Source: Spirochaetia bacterium (lineage in GTDB: Bacteria > Spirochaetota > Spirochaetia > DSM-27196 > PWMO01). Taken from it: 64,000 bases of DNA. The notes below the pieces were generated by a model. That model did not search any database. It saw nothing but the letters and a program-made list of their open reading frames with translations, and had not been told where the DNA came from. Every line of letters starts with the position of its first letter. The stretch's first letter is position 1. The position numbers and the translations under genes were made by a program. Location: NCBI GenBank assembly GCA_041686235.1, contig JAWLED010000001.1, positions 34,524-98,523 of the forward strand, written 5' to 3'. Positions 56,061 to 64,000 of the stretch are shown here, piece by piece.

Positions 56061-56624
56061 ATGATTCGAGCCGGAGCGATTGACAAGGGTATGTTTCTGC
56101 TGGTCAAAGACCAACCACACTTGGTTGCCGAGCGCGAGTTCGTAAACCCCGGCAAGGGGTCGGCGTTCGTTAAGCTGAAATTGAAAAACCTCATTACGGG
56201 CCAGGTACTGCGCGAGACAATGAAGTCCAACGATAACGTCGCGGAAGCCGAAGTATCCGAAAAGCCCGGACAGTATCTCTACGCCGACGAGACGGGGTAC
56301 CACTTCATGGATACCGAGTCCTATGATCAGTTCACGATTAGCTCCGAGGCGGTCGGCGGCAAAGGCAAGCTTATCAAAGAGGGAGATACCTACCGCATTA
56401 TTATGTGGGGGGAAGAACCGATCGACATACAGCTTCCATTCAAGCTGGTATATGCGGTGACGGAGGCTCCACAGGCTGTGAAGGGAGATACCGTTACCGG
56501 GGGAACAAAGAATGTGACCGTAGAAACCGGACTCGACGTAAAGGTCCCCCTGTTTATCAAAGAGGGAGATCGAATTCTCGTTAATACGGAAACGGGAGAG
56601 TACGTCGAACGAGTAAACGATTAA
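56061..56624 (+). CDS. efp: Elongation factor P
   Basis: FVNPGKGSAFVKLKLKNLITG carries the modifiable Lys in the PGKG loop. AAGGAG RBS. Confidence 0.95.
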   Translation: MIRAGAIDKGMFLLVKDQPHLVAEREFVNPGKGSAFVKLKLKNLITGQVLRETMKSNDNVAEAEVSEKPGQYLYADETGYHFMDTESYDQFTISSEAVGGKGKLIKEGDTYRIIMWGEEPIDIQLPFKLVYAVTEAPQAVKGDTVTGGTKNVTVETGLDVKVPLFIKEGDRILVNTETGEYVERVND

Positions 56625-56660
56625 TCCCGGCAAAGAAGACCGGGAAAACGAGGTGAGCAT

Positions 56661-57107
56661 ATGAGAGTTACAACGAAAGGACGCTACGCCTTACGTGCGC
56701 TGGTAAAGCTGGCGCTGGACGGGGGTGAGAAGCCTATTCCCATCAAAAAGCTCGCAGAAGCAGAAGAAATATCGCCGGAGTTTCTCGAGCAGATTTTCTT
56801 CCGGCTGAAAAAATCAGGAATAATCGACTCGGTGAGAGGGCCCGGCGGCGGGTTCGTGCTCCGCAGGGACCCCGAGGAGATCACCACACGCGCCATTTTT
56901 GACGCAGTCGGAGAGGGGATCGAGCTTACCCCGTGTACGACACCGAGTAACAACGGCAACTCGCAGGAGTGCGATCGGGCGGAAGAATGCCTCATGCACG
57001 ACGTATGGCAAGAGGTCTCCGAGCACATTACGACGTACTTCGAAAGCCTGACGCTTCGCAAAATTCTCGATCGCAGCCGCGAAACCACCGACGAGCTTCT
57101 CGTCTAG
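56661..57107 (+). CDS. Rrf2-family transcriptional regulator
   Basis: MRVTTKGRYALRALVKLA...ISPEFLEQIFFRLKKSGIIDSVRGPGGGFVL. Confidence 0.9.
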   Translation: MRVTTKGRYALRALVKLALDGGEKPIPIKKLAEAEEISPEFLEQIFFRLKKSGIIDSVRGPGGGFVLRRDPEEITTRAIFDAVGEGIELTPCTTPSNNGNSQECDRAEECLMHDVWQEVSEHITTYFESLTLRKILDRSRETTDELLV

Positions 57108-57152
57108 GGTATAAGCCCGCCGGCGGGGCGCCACATCGGCCATCGGCTCCGG

Positions 57153-58337
57153 TTACAGTGCCTCGTCGGCGCCGTCTTGGGACTCCGGTTCCAAGGCGGC
57201 CGTGCGCGGCATGGATTTGACGTGTACGTCGCGCTGAGGAAAGGGGATTTCGATTCCCGCCTCGCGGAAGGCGCGCCAGATCTCGACTACCATCCACGAG
57301 CCCGCGAGGTTCTTATCGCGCGCATCGCGAATGTTGCTGCACAGGCGAACAGTAATCCCCGAATCGTCGAATGAGCGAAACAACACCCGTCCCTCATCGT
57401 GCGGTTTTGCATATGGATTGTTTCGGGCAACGCCGTGCAGCACCTCGTCCACCGTATCCAAATCCGAAGAGTAGGACACCTGAACCTCCGTGCAGAGATA
57501 GATGCTGATATCCTCGAATGAGTAGTTGTGGACGTAGTTATCCACGATTTGCGAGTTCGGAACGATGATCGTCTCGTTGGTGACCGTAGTTATGACGGTG
57601 GACACCAGCCGAATGTGCTCGACGGTTCCCTCGTAGTCGTTGAGGAGGATGAAATCCCCCTCTTTTACCGGGCGAGAGAAGATGATAACGATACCCGCAA
57701 AAAAGTTGGCCACCGACGACTGGAGGCCGAACCCGAGGCCGATACCGAGGACACCGAAGATGACGGTGAGCGACGAGAGGTCGATCCCCACGATCGAGAA
57801 ACCGACAAGCACGACCAACGCCATCACCGCATATGAGATCAAACTCGATATGGAGAATCGCCGCGCCGCATCGAGGGCAACACGCTCGCTCAATGTCCGA
57901 CTGGTAACCCGGCGGGCCACACGAGATAGCCAGGTTGCGGCGTAGAACACCGGAATGAGCAGCAACAGAGTTACCGCCGAGATCTCGGTACCGCCGGAGG
58001 CATAAATGGGCTCGCGCAGCGCCGAAAATGCGGCACCGATGTAGGCGAATATCTGCGCGCCGAACAGCCGGCCGATCGACGCAACGATCACGACCAGCGA
58101 GCCCGCCCGGTATACACGGCGAGTCCACCGCAGCAGCTGCGCGCGGGCCTCCTCCGTCCAGGCGCTTCGCTCGAGCCGGCGTCGCAAGACCCGCCTGCCG
58201 ATACTACCGCCGAGAAAGAGAACAATGACCGGCAATACCAAGCCGACCAGGCCCTCCAAAGGAGTAAACGGGAGAAACGCGTCACCGATTGGAATCGGAG
58301 AGGTGATTACTGAATTAAGGGACTCCAACCACTCCAT
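57153..58337 (-). CDS. MscS-family mechanosensitive channel
   Basis: GLQSSVANFFAGIVIIFSRPVKEGDFI...GTVEHIRLVSTVI. ATG 58337 chosen; GTG 58409 is also possible. Confidence 0.85.
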   Translation of the reverse strand: MEWLESLNSVITSPIPIGDAFLPFTPLEGLVGLVLPVIVLFLGGSIGRRVLRRRLERSAWTEEARAQLLRWTRRVYRAGSLVVIVASIGRLFGAQIFAYIGAAFSALREPIYASGGTEISAVTLLLLIPVFYAATWLSRVARRVTSRTLSERVALDAARRFSISSLISYAVMALVVLVGFSIVGIDLSSLTVIFGVLGIGLGFGLQSSVANFFAGIVIIFSRPVKEGDFILLNDYEGTVEHIRLVSTVITTVTNETIIVPNSQIVDNYVHNYSFEDISIYLCTEVQVSYSSDLDTVDEVLHGVARNNPYAKPHDEGRVLFRSFDDSGITVRLCSNIRDARDKNLAGSWMVVEIWRAFREAGIEIPFPQRDVHVKSMPRTAALEPESQDGADEAL

Positions 58338-58432
58338 ATGTGAATCGAGCCGAAGCCTACACTGCGGGCGACGGCGTGTCAAATATGCCCCCGGCTCGAC
58401 GTTTCGCACCCGTTCGTGATAGATCTTTAGAT

Positions 58433-58984
58433 ATGCGAATACCGTGGAACGAAAGCGTGGGACTCGTCGTCGACGTACAATCGCGGCTCTTTCCCTACAT
58501 GTACGACTCCTACGCCACGCAAGAAACCATGAAAACCCTCATCGCAGGCCTGCAGATCCTCGAGCTGCCGATGCTTGCTACCCAGCAGTACACCCAGGGG
58601 CTCGGCGAAACCATCGACCCCATCAAGAACGCGTTGGAGCGCGGCAAAAAGTTCGAGCCGATCGAAAAAACGGCGTTCAGCTGTCTCGACGAGCCGAGCT
58701 TTGCAACGGCGCTCGAAGAAACCGGTCGGCGCTTCGTAATCATTGCCGGAATCGAGGCCCATGTGTGTCTTCTCCAAACATCCATGGACCTCCTTGCCGC
58801 AGGTTATGTCCCCGTCGTGGTCGAAGATTGTACTTCCTCACGCAAGGCAAACGATAAACACGTTGCCGTAGAACGCATGCGCAATTCCGGGGTCACGGTA
58901 ACCACCTCCGAGTCGATCCTATTCGAGCTCTGCCGCTACAGCGGGACCGACACCTTCAAGTCTTTGTCGAAACTGGTGAAGTAA
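58433..58984 (+). CDS. Isochorismatase-family cysteine hydrolase (YcaC-like)
   Basis: LVVDVQSRLF and IIAGIEAHVCLLQTSMDLL (nucleophile Cys). ATG 58433. Confidence 0.85.
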   Translation: MRIPWNESVGLVVDVQSRLFPYMYDSYATQETMKTLIAGLQILELPMLATQQYTQGLGETIDPIKNALERGKKFEPIEKTAFSCLDEPSFATALEETGRRFVIIAGIEAHVCLLQTSMDLLAAGYVPVVVEDCTSSRKANDKHVAVERMRNSGVTVTTSESILFELCRYSGTDTFKSLSKLVK

Positions 58985-59007
58985 CGAGGAGGGAACCGGA
59001 GACCGGA

Positions 59008-59763
59008 ATGGACTACGGGCACGCATTGCAGGAGGCGGCGAACGCTTTGCGCCGATCCGCTCATGTAACCGCCTTCACCGGCGCCGGGATTTCGGTGGAA
59101 AGCGGGGTTCCCCAGTTCCGAGGCAACGACGGTCTGTGGGCGCACTATGACCCCGCTGTCTTCGACATAAACCACTTTCGCAGCCATCCACGAGACTCGT
59201 GGCAGACTATCCTCGAGATCTTCTATTATACCTTTGCAAAGGTCGAGCCGAACGCCGGCCACTACGCCCTCGCAGAGCTCGAGCAGCGTGGCGTGGTCCG
59301 CGAAATCATTACGCAGAACATCGATTCCCTTCACCATCGTGCCGGAAGCACCGCGGTGTGGGAGTATCATGGAAACTCCCGGGAGCTGCTGTGCCTTTCC
59401 TGCGGAGCACGACACCCTGCTCAACGTGCGCTCGAAACCGAGATACCCCCACGCTGCACGTGCGGAGGACTCCTGAAACCGGACTTCATTTTTTTCGGCG
59501 AGCAGATACCCGCACAAGCCGCTCGCGAATCCGAGCGGGCTGCACGGGAGTGCGACCTGATGCTCGTGGTTGGTACCACCGGAGAGGTGTACCCGGCAGG
59601 CTTCATTCCCCGCATGGCACGCGAGTCGGGCGCCCGCATCGTGGAAATCAACCCGGAACCTTCCACCTACACCGAGGAGATCACCGACGTATTCATCCAC
59701 GAGAAGTCGGCTACCGCCCTTCCCGCCCTCCTCGAGCTGATCTCGAGCTCATCCACTGATTAG
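59008..59763 (+). CDS. cobB: NAD-dependent protein deacylase (Sir2 family)
   Basis: GAGISVESGVPQFRG, QNIDSLH and a Zn ribbon CLSCG...CTCGG. Confidence 0.9.
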   Translation: MDYGHALQEAANALRRSAHVTAFTGAGISVESGVPQFRGNDGLWAHYDPAVFDINHFRSHPRDSWQTILEIFYYTFAKVEPNAGHYALAELEQRGVVREIITQNIDSLHHRAGSTAVWEYHGNSRELLCLSCGARHPAQRALETEIPPRCTCGGLLKPDFIFFGEQIPAQAARESERAARECDLMLVVGTTGEVYPAGFIPRMARESGARIVEINPEPSTYTEEITDVFIHEKSATALPALLELISSSSTD

Positions 59764-59822
59764 CCGATTTCGGTATTCGGCTGGTTGACCGCAGTCGGGG
59801 GCGAAACTACAATACGGTCGTT

Positions 59823-61118
59823 ATGCGCAAAAATATCGGGTTCGTGTCGTTTCGTTTCGCAGGCACCGATGGGGTATCGCTGGAGACGGCCAAATGGGCC
59901 GAGGTCTTCGAGCAACTCGGTTGTACCTGCTATTATCTTGGCGGCGAGCTCGAAACGCCAAGCGATCGCTCGATGCTCGTAGAAGAGCTTCATTTCAAAC
60001 ACCCCGATATACGACGCCTCTACGAACAGTGTTTTCTCACCGGCCCGCGGCCGGCGGAGCTAACCGCCGAACTCCACGCGTACCGGGAGCAAATAAAGAA
60101 GAAGATATACACGTTTCTCCGCACCTTCGAGATCGATGTGCTCGTCCCGCAGAATGCCGCTACCATTCCCCTCAACGTGCCGCTGGGGATGGCCCTGACC
60201 GAGATCATCGTCGAAACAAGCATTCCCACCATCGCCCATCACCATGATTTCTTCTGGGAACGGAAGCGATTTCTCACCAACTGCATATGGGACATCCTCA
60301 ACTCGAGTTTTCCTCCACATCTCAAAAACATGCAGCATGTCGTGATAAACACCTCCGCCCAAAACCAGCTTGCACTTCGCACCGGCATAGCCTCTACGCT
60401 CATCCCAAACGTCATGGAGTTCGAGAATCCGCCGGACGGCAAAGACGACTACAACGCCGACGTTCGGGAAGCTCTCGGCCTGGAACCCGACGAGCTGTTG
60501 ATCCTCCAACCGACTCGCGTCGTGCAACGAAAGGGCATCGAGCACGCCATAGAGCTCGTCGCACGCCTCGGTCGCAAGGCTGCGCTCATCATCTCGCATG
60601 CCTCCGGCGACGAAGGATACGAGTACCAGCAGCGGGTACGCGAGTTCGCCGACTTGTTGGGCGTCCGCGCCCTGTTCGATGACCATGTCATTGGTGAGGC
60701 TCGGGGGACCGATGAGCAGGGGCGAAAGGTGTACAGTCTCCAGGATGTGTATCCCCATGCCGACCTCGTGACATACCCATCACTGATCGAAGGCTTTGGA
60801 AACGCGTTCCTCGAGGCTGTTTACTTTCGAAAGCCCATCTTGATTAACGACTACTCCATCTATTCACACGACATCCGGCCGCTCGGCTTCGAGGTCATAG
60901 AAATGGACAATTTCATCTCCTCGCACACCGTGGAACAAACGAAAGAGATTCTCGACGATCCACAGCGCCGCGAACGCATGGCCGAGAAAAACTACCAGCT
61001 TGCCTGTAAGTATTTCTCGTATCACATTCTCCGCACAAAGCTCTATTACCTCATGAGCGCCATCTTTGGGGAAGAGGGTGCATATGACGGGTGTGGCGGC
61101 AACGCGGCTCGCGGCTGA
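59823..61118 (+). CDS. GT-B glycosyltransferase (GT4-like)
   Basis: N-terminal IGFVSFRFAGTDGVSLETAKW and C-terminal EGFGNAFLEAVYFRKPILIN (E-x7-E). Substrate unknown. Confidence 0.7.
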   Translation: MRKNIGFVSFRFAGTDGVSLETAKWAEVFEQLGCTCYYLGGELETPSDRSMLVEELHFKHPDIRRLYEQCFLTGPRPAELTAELHAYREQIKKKIYTFLRTFEIDVLVPQNAATIPLNVPLGMALTEIIVETSIPTIAHHHDFFWERKRFLTNCIWDILNSSFPPHLKNMQHVVINTSAQNQLALRTGIASTLIPNVMEFENPPDGKDDYNADVREALGLEPDELLILQPTRVVQRKGIEHAIELVARLGRKAALIISHASGDEGYEYQQRVREFADLLGVRALFDDHVIGEARGTDEQGRKVYSLQDVYPHADLVTYPSLIEGFGNAFLEAVYFRKPILINDYSIYSHDIRPLGFEVIEMDNFISSHTVEQTKEILDDPQRRERMAEKNYQLACKYFSYHILRTKLYYLMSAIFGEEGAYDGCGGNAARG

Positions 61119-61139
61119 CCTTTTAGAGCTGACCTTTTA
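61114..61139. repeat. 12-bp direct repeat with 14-bp period spanning the glycosyltransferase stop codon
   Basis: GCTGACCTTTTA at 61114-61125 and 61128-61139. Confidence 0.6.
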
Positions 61140-61150
61140 TAGGAGACACC

Positions 61151-62446
61151 ATGAAACAACGCATACCGAGAGTTCTCTTTTTACTCACGTTCGTTGTGCT
61201 CGCGACATCCGTTTCGGCGCAGATGGACATGCTTCCGCAAATCTTTCGAGATCTGCCCCCCGAGCTACAGCAGGGGTTGCCGAAGAGCATGGAGTATGAT
61301 GAATACGAGGTGATGACCCGTAACGTGGACTTCTTCTCTATGTTCATGTCGGCGTGGGTTCCCGGTTATGCATTATTCGGCGTCGACGAGCCCGGTCTTG
61401 GGTGGACCATCGTCGGGGCGCGAGTCGGAGGGCTGGGAATGTTTGTCACCGGCGTACTGCGACAGTGGCAGGATCTCAGGGACTTTTGGGAGCTCTCCTC
61501 CATAGCCGATTCGCCACAGAGGTATCGGCGCGCGGCCGGCAACTTTGCTTTGGTCGGCGGAGGAATCGTCATAAACGGGTTGGCATGGGCATTCGACGTG
61601 GGCGCCGCCTATCGCATTGCCCAGAACCGCAAAAACTTCGTGCAGTACAAGTACGGTGTGCTCGCCGGCCTCGATGGCGACGAACGCGAACGCCGGGAAG
61701 CCTACATTCGCTCACTGGCCCGTCAGGAAAACCCTGCCGTGCACGATGACCTCGAGCGCAGTTTGCGCCGCTACCTCGATACGTGGCCGGAAAGCAGTTT
61801 CGCCGCGGAGGCGGAGTACCATCTCGGAACCCTCCTGGCGATGAACGGCAAGGACGCCGAGGCGCTGATCGTTCTGCTTCGACAGTTGGGCGTACATCCG
61901 GACCCGGTGTATTCTCCCGCTTCCAAGCGCACCGCAGCGATGCTCGTTCAGCGCAATCGCAGCGATTGGGAGGACGACCGCGAAACACTTCTCGAGCTCA
62001 TCGGCGCCTCGCGAACCCCAGCCGATGCCCCTGATAGTCCCGCCGAAGCCGCCGACGAGGAGGTTACGCCGCAGTTCGAGCGCTTTTTGAGGCATGTCGG
62101 GGAGCTCGACGAAGAAGCGTTCAAAGAGCTGTATGTCTCGGAGGCCACGAGCTTTCTCGAAGAAAACCCCAACTCACCGATTGCAGATCAAGTGCTCGAC
62201 ACCAAAGCATCGCATCTCGCCGAGCTTGGTCGGATGGAGGAGAGTGTGATAACCTATACACAGCTTGCCTCCGCTCATCCGGGTTCCGAGTTGTGGGAAA
62301 CGGCCATGTTGCGTACGGCGATCACTCTCGAGCAGGAGCTCGGCGAACCGGAATATGCCGAGCGCTTCTATCGCCGGCTCCTCGACCGCAGACCGGAAAG
62401 CCCGGAGGCCTCCGAGGCGCGTGCACGGCTCGAGTCGCTCGATTAG
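61151..62446 (+). CDS. Membrane protein with C-terminal TPR-like helical repeats
   Basis: AGGAGA RBS and a signal peptide. Three hydrophobic helices, then a YbgF/TPR-like helical region (AEAEYHLGTLLAMNGKDAEAL..., ERFYRRLLDRRPESPEA). Confidence 0.6.
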   Translation: MKQRIPRVLFLLTFVVLATSVSAQMDMLPQIFRDLPPELQQGLPKSMEYDEYEVMTRNVDFFSMFMSAWVPGYALFGVDEPGLGWTIVGARVGGLGMFVTGVLRQWQDLRDFWELSSIADSPQRYRRAAGNFALVGGGIVINGLAWAFDVGAAYRIAQNRKNFVQYKYGVLAGLDGDERERREAYIRSLARQENPAVHDDLERSLRRYLDTWPESSFAAEAEYHLGTLLAMNGKDAEALIVLLRQLGVHPDPVYSPASKRTAAMLVQRNRSDWEDDRETLLELIGASRTPADAPDSPAEAADEEVTPQFERFLRHVGELDEEAFKELYVSEATSFLEENPNSPIADQVLDTKASHLAELGRMEESVITYTQLASAHPGSELWETAMLRTAITLEQELGEPEYAERFYRRLLDRRPESPEASEARARLESLD

Positions 62447-62536
62447 CACCGCGAGCGCGCAGGGCATACCGTAGCCGATCTCGCGTAGTGCGGTACTCAC
62501 ATCCGCCGCCGGTTTGCCGGAGGAAGGACCGAAACA

Positions 62537-63169
62537 TTGACTCGAGTGCTTCTTGCAGAAGATGAGCAACTGGTTCGCGAAGGGGTCCAAGGGCTTCTCA
62601 GCTCGACCGAGGACATCTCGGTGGTCGCGACCGCATCAACCGGAGCGGAAGCATTAGACCGCGCTCGCAGCTCGAGTCCCGATATCCTGCTCCTCGATCT
62701 CGATATGTCTTCTATGAGCGGAATGGACGTATTGCACCAGCTCAAATCCGAGGAGCTCAACGTACGGGTCATCGTGCTTACAAGCTACCCGGAGGCGGAG
62801 TATGCGCTACGCGCGCTAAAGATGGGAGTCTGGGGATATCTGCGAAAAGTCGTTTCCTTCGCCGAGCTCCTCGAGGCGGTGCGAACGGTTGCCGCTGGAA
62901 AACGCTACATAACCTCCGAGGTAGCGTCGGTGCTTGCCGATAACGTATACGGGACGTCGCAGGAGCCGCACACCCAGCTCTCCGAACGTGAGTACGAGGT
63001 TTTTCGCCTACTGGTGGAAGGACGCTCGGTCTCCGAGATTTCCGACTACCTCAATCTGGCCGGCAGCACCGTGGGGACCTATCGCCACAGGGTCCTGGAA
63101 AAACTCGGTCTCAAATCGACCACCGACCTGGTGCACTACGCGGTTCGCCACAATTTGTTCCACATGTAG
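62537..63169 (+). CDS. NarL/LuxR-family response regulator
   Basis: TTG start after GGAGGAAGGA. REC domain (VLLAEDE, DILLLDLDMSSMSG, K in LRKV) and LuxR HTH (LSEREYEVFRLLVEGRSVSEISDYLNLAGSTVGTYRHRVLEKLG). Confidence 0.9.
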   Translation: MTRVLLAEDEQLVREGVQGLLSSTEDISVVATASTGAEALDRARSSSPDILLLDLDMSSMSGMDVLHQLKSEELNVRVIVLTSYPEAEYALRALKMGVWGYLRKVVSFAELLEAVRTVAAGKRYITSEVASVLADNVYGTSQEPHTQLSEREYEVFRLLVEGRSVSEISDYLNLAGSTVGTYRHRVLEKLGLKSTTDLVHYAVRHNLFHM

Positions 63170-63286
63170 AACGGATTCTACACAAAGATAGACACCCGCA
63201 CGACTTTCGAGCTTGATCATTTGGGTTAACTTCTCGATAGGAGCACGACATCGGGTCCCCCTTTCAGGACACCGAGGAGACGCCCA

Positions 63287-64000
63287 ATGACTCAAAGTAA
63301 CAAACTCATCGAAGAATCGAAACAACTTATCAAGACGATAGAAGAGCTATCCCCGCAGCATACGCAACTGGACGTGGCCGAGCAGGCCCCCGTCCCCGGC
63401 GGCGCCGGGGCCGCCGGGGCCACGCGTCCCCCCGACGCTGCACCGGCGAACGATCGTCAATTGGAAGAGGCGGTGAACGGGTTCGTCGAGCTCAGCGTGG
63501 CGGAAGACGCCATGCAAGCCACGGTAACTCTCCATCCTCCCAAAGGACCCGGACTCCCGGTCCAGGTAAACGAGGTTTATGAGCGCCTCTCACGCAGCGG
63601 TGTGGTATTCGGAATCGACGATGAGGCAATCAAAGAAGGCGTGTTCCGATGCAACACCGATCGTGTAATGGCACAAAACCTCGTCGTCGCCCACGGGGCT
63701 GAGCCGGTAGACGAGCTTCCCGCGGAGATCGAAGTTCACCCGCTCCCGGCCGCGGAGGAAGACGCCAAGCCGGCGCGGGACAATGAATCGGTAGACCACA
63801 AACGGCGCGCGAAGCTCCCCATCGTCAACCGAGGAGACGTGATCGCCGACATCGCGCCGGCCCGACGGGGTATGGAGGGTCAAAACATACGTGGAGAAAA
63901 GCTCCCGTTTCAAAAGCACCCCGGTGCCCACAAGAAGCTCGGAGAGAACACCGAAGTAGAAGGGACCACCGTGCGAGCCGCGGTAGACGGGCTCCTCCAC
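63287..64000 (+). CDS. FapA/DUF342-family protein, N-terminal 238 codons (runs off window end)
   Basis: Absent from the ORF track. GAGGAGA RBS before ATG 63287. Manual translation gives MTQSNKLIEESKQLIKTIEEL...FVELSVAEDAMQATVTLHPPKGPG...VVFGIDDEAIKEGV...PIVNRGDVIADIAPARRGMEGQNIRGEKLPF, which matches the DUF342 N-terminal pattern. The frame is open to 64000. Confidence 0.7.
   Translation, partial: MTQSNKLIEESKQLIKTIEELSPQHTQLDVAEQAPVPGGAGAAGATRPPDAAPANDRQLEEAVNGFVELSVAEDAMQATVTLHPPKGPGLPVQVNEVYERLSRSGVVFGIDDEAIKEGVFRCNTDRVMAQNLVVAHGAEPVDELPAEIEVHPLPAAEEDAKPARDNESVDHKRRAKLPIVNRGDVIADIAPARRGMEGQNIRGEKLPFQKHPGAHKKLGENTEVEGTTVRAAVDGLLH

Noticed and set aside
1-64000. Scan for CRISPR arrays, IS/transposase or integrase genes, prophage genes, rRNA/tRNA, and RNase P, SRP or tmRNA signature boxes.
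   Set aside because: None recognised by eye. The only repeats are the short intergenic ones listed above. A computational scan (tRNAscan-SE, Rfam cmscan, CRISPR finder) is still needed to exclude small RNAs.

Overview
This is a GC-rich, gene-dense chromosomal segment of about 50 CDS with short intergenic gaps and many 4-nt start/stop overlaps. The gene content reads as core genome, not an accessory island. It holds three class I aminoacyl-tRNA synthetases (ileS partial, valS, cysS) and topA, glyA, ackA, murB, mgtE, trkA, msrA, sppA, radC, epmA-efp, mtnN and cobB. It also holds a LacI-controlled sugar ABC uptake locus, an MCP, a tandem-CNB cyclic-nucleotide receptor and a LuxR-type response regulator.

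The chemotaxis/FapA genes, the OmpA protein with FlgD-Ig-like repeats, the LysM lipoproteins and the strongly acidic proteins suggest a halophilic Spirochaetota-like organism. That is inference only.

Two real genes at the window edges are missing from the supplied ORF track because they have no stop codon inside the window. They are ileS (1-2520, minus, TTG start) and a FapA/DUF342 gene (63287-64000, plus). The longest ORF in the track (7-2601, plus) is the codon-aligned antisense shadow of ileS.

I recognise no rRNA, tRNA, CRISPR array, transposase, integrase or known defence system. The only clearly accessory module is a Phd/YefM-VapC toxin-antitoxin pair with a nested palindromic operator.

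I see no compelling evidence for a new system. The best candidates, all inference, are:
- a translationally coupled trio of a small beta-barrel OMP, a GAF-PAS class III cyclase and a membrane-anchored HEAT-repeat protein (40320-44970);
- an ECF sigma/anti-sigma operon ending in an IPT/TIG protein whose transglutaminase-like core appears to lack the catalytic Cys (18448-21778);
- GC-rich hairpin-forming repeat arrays in two intergenic regions (54763-54851, 40220-40298).

Start codons were refined by hand from RBS and overlap context. All numbers come from manual counting, and no database search was run.
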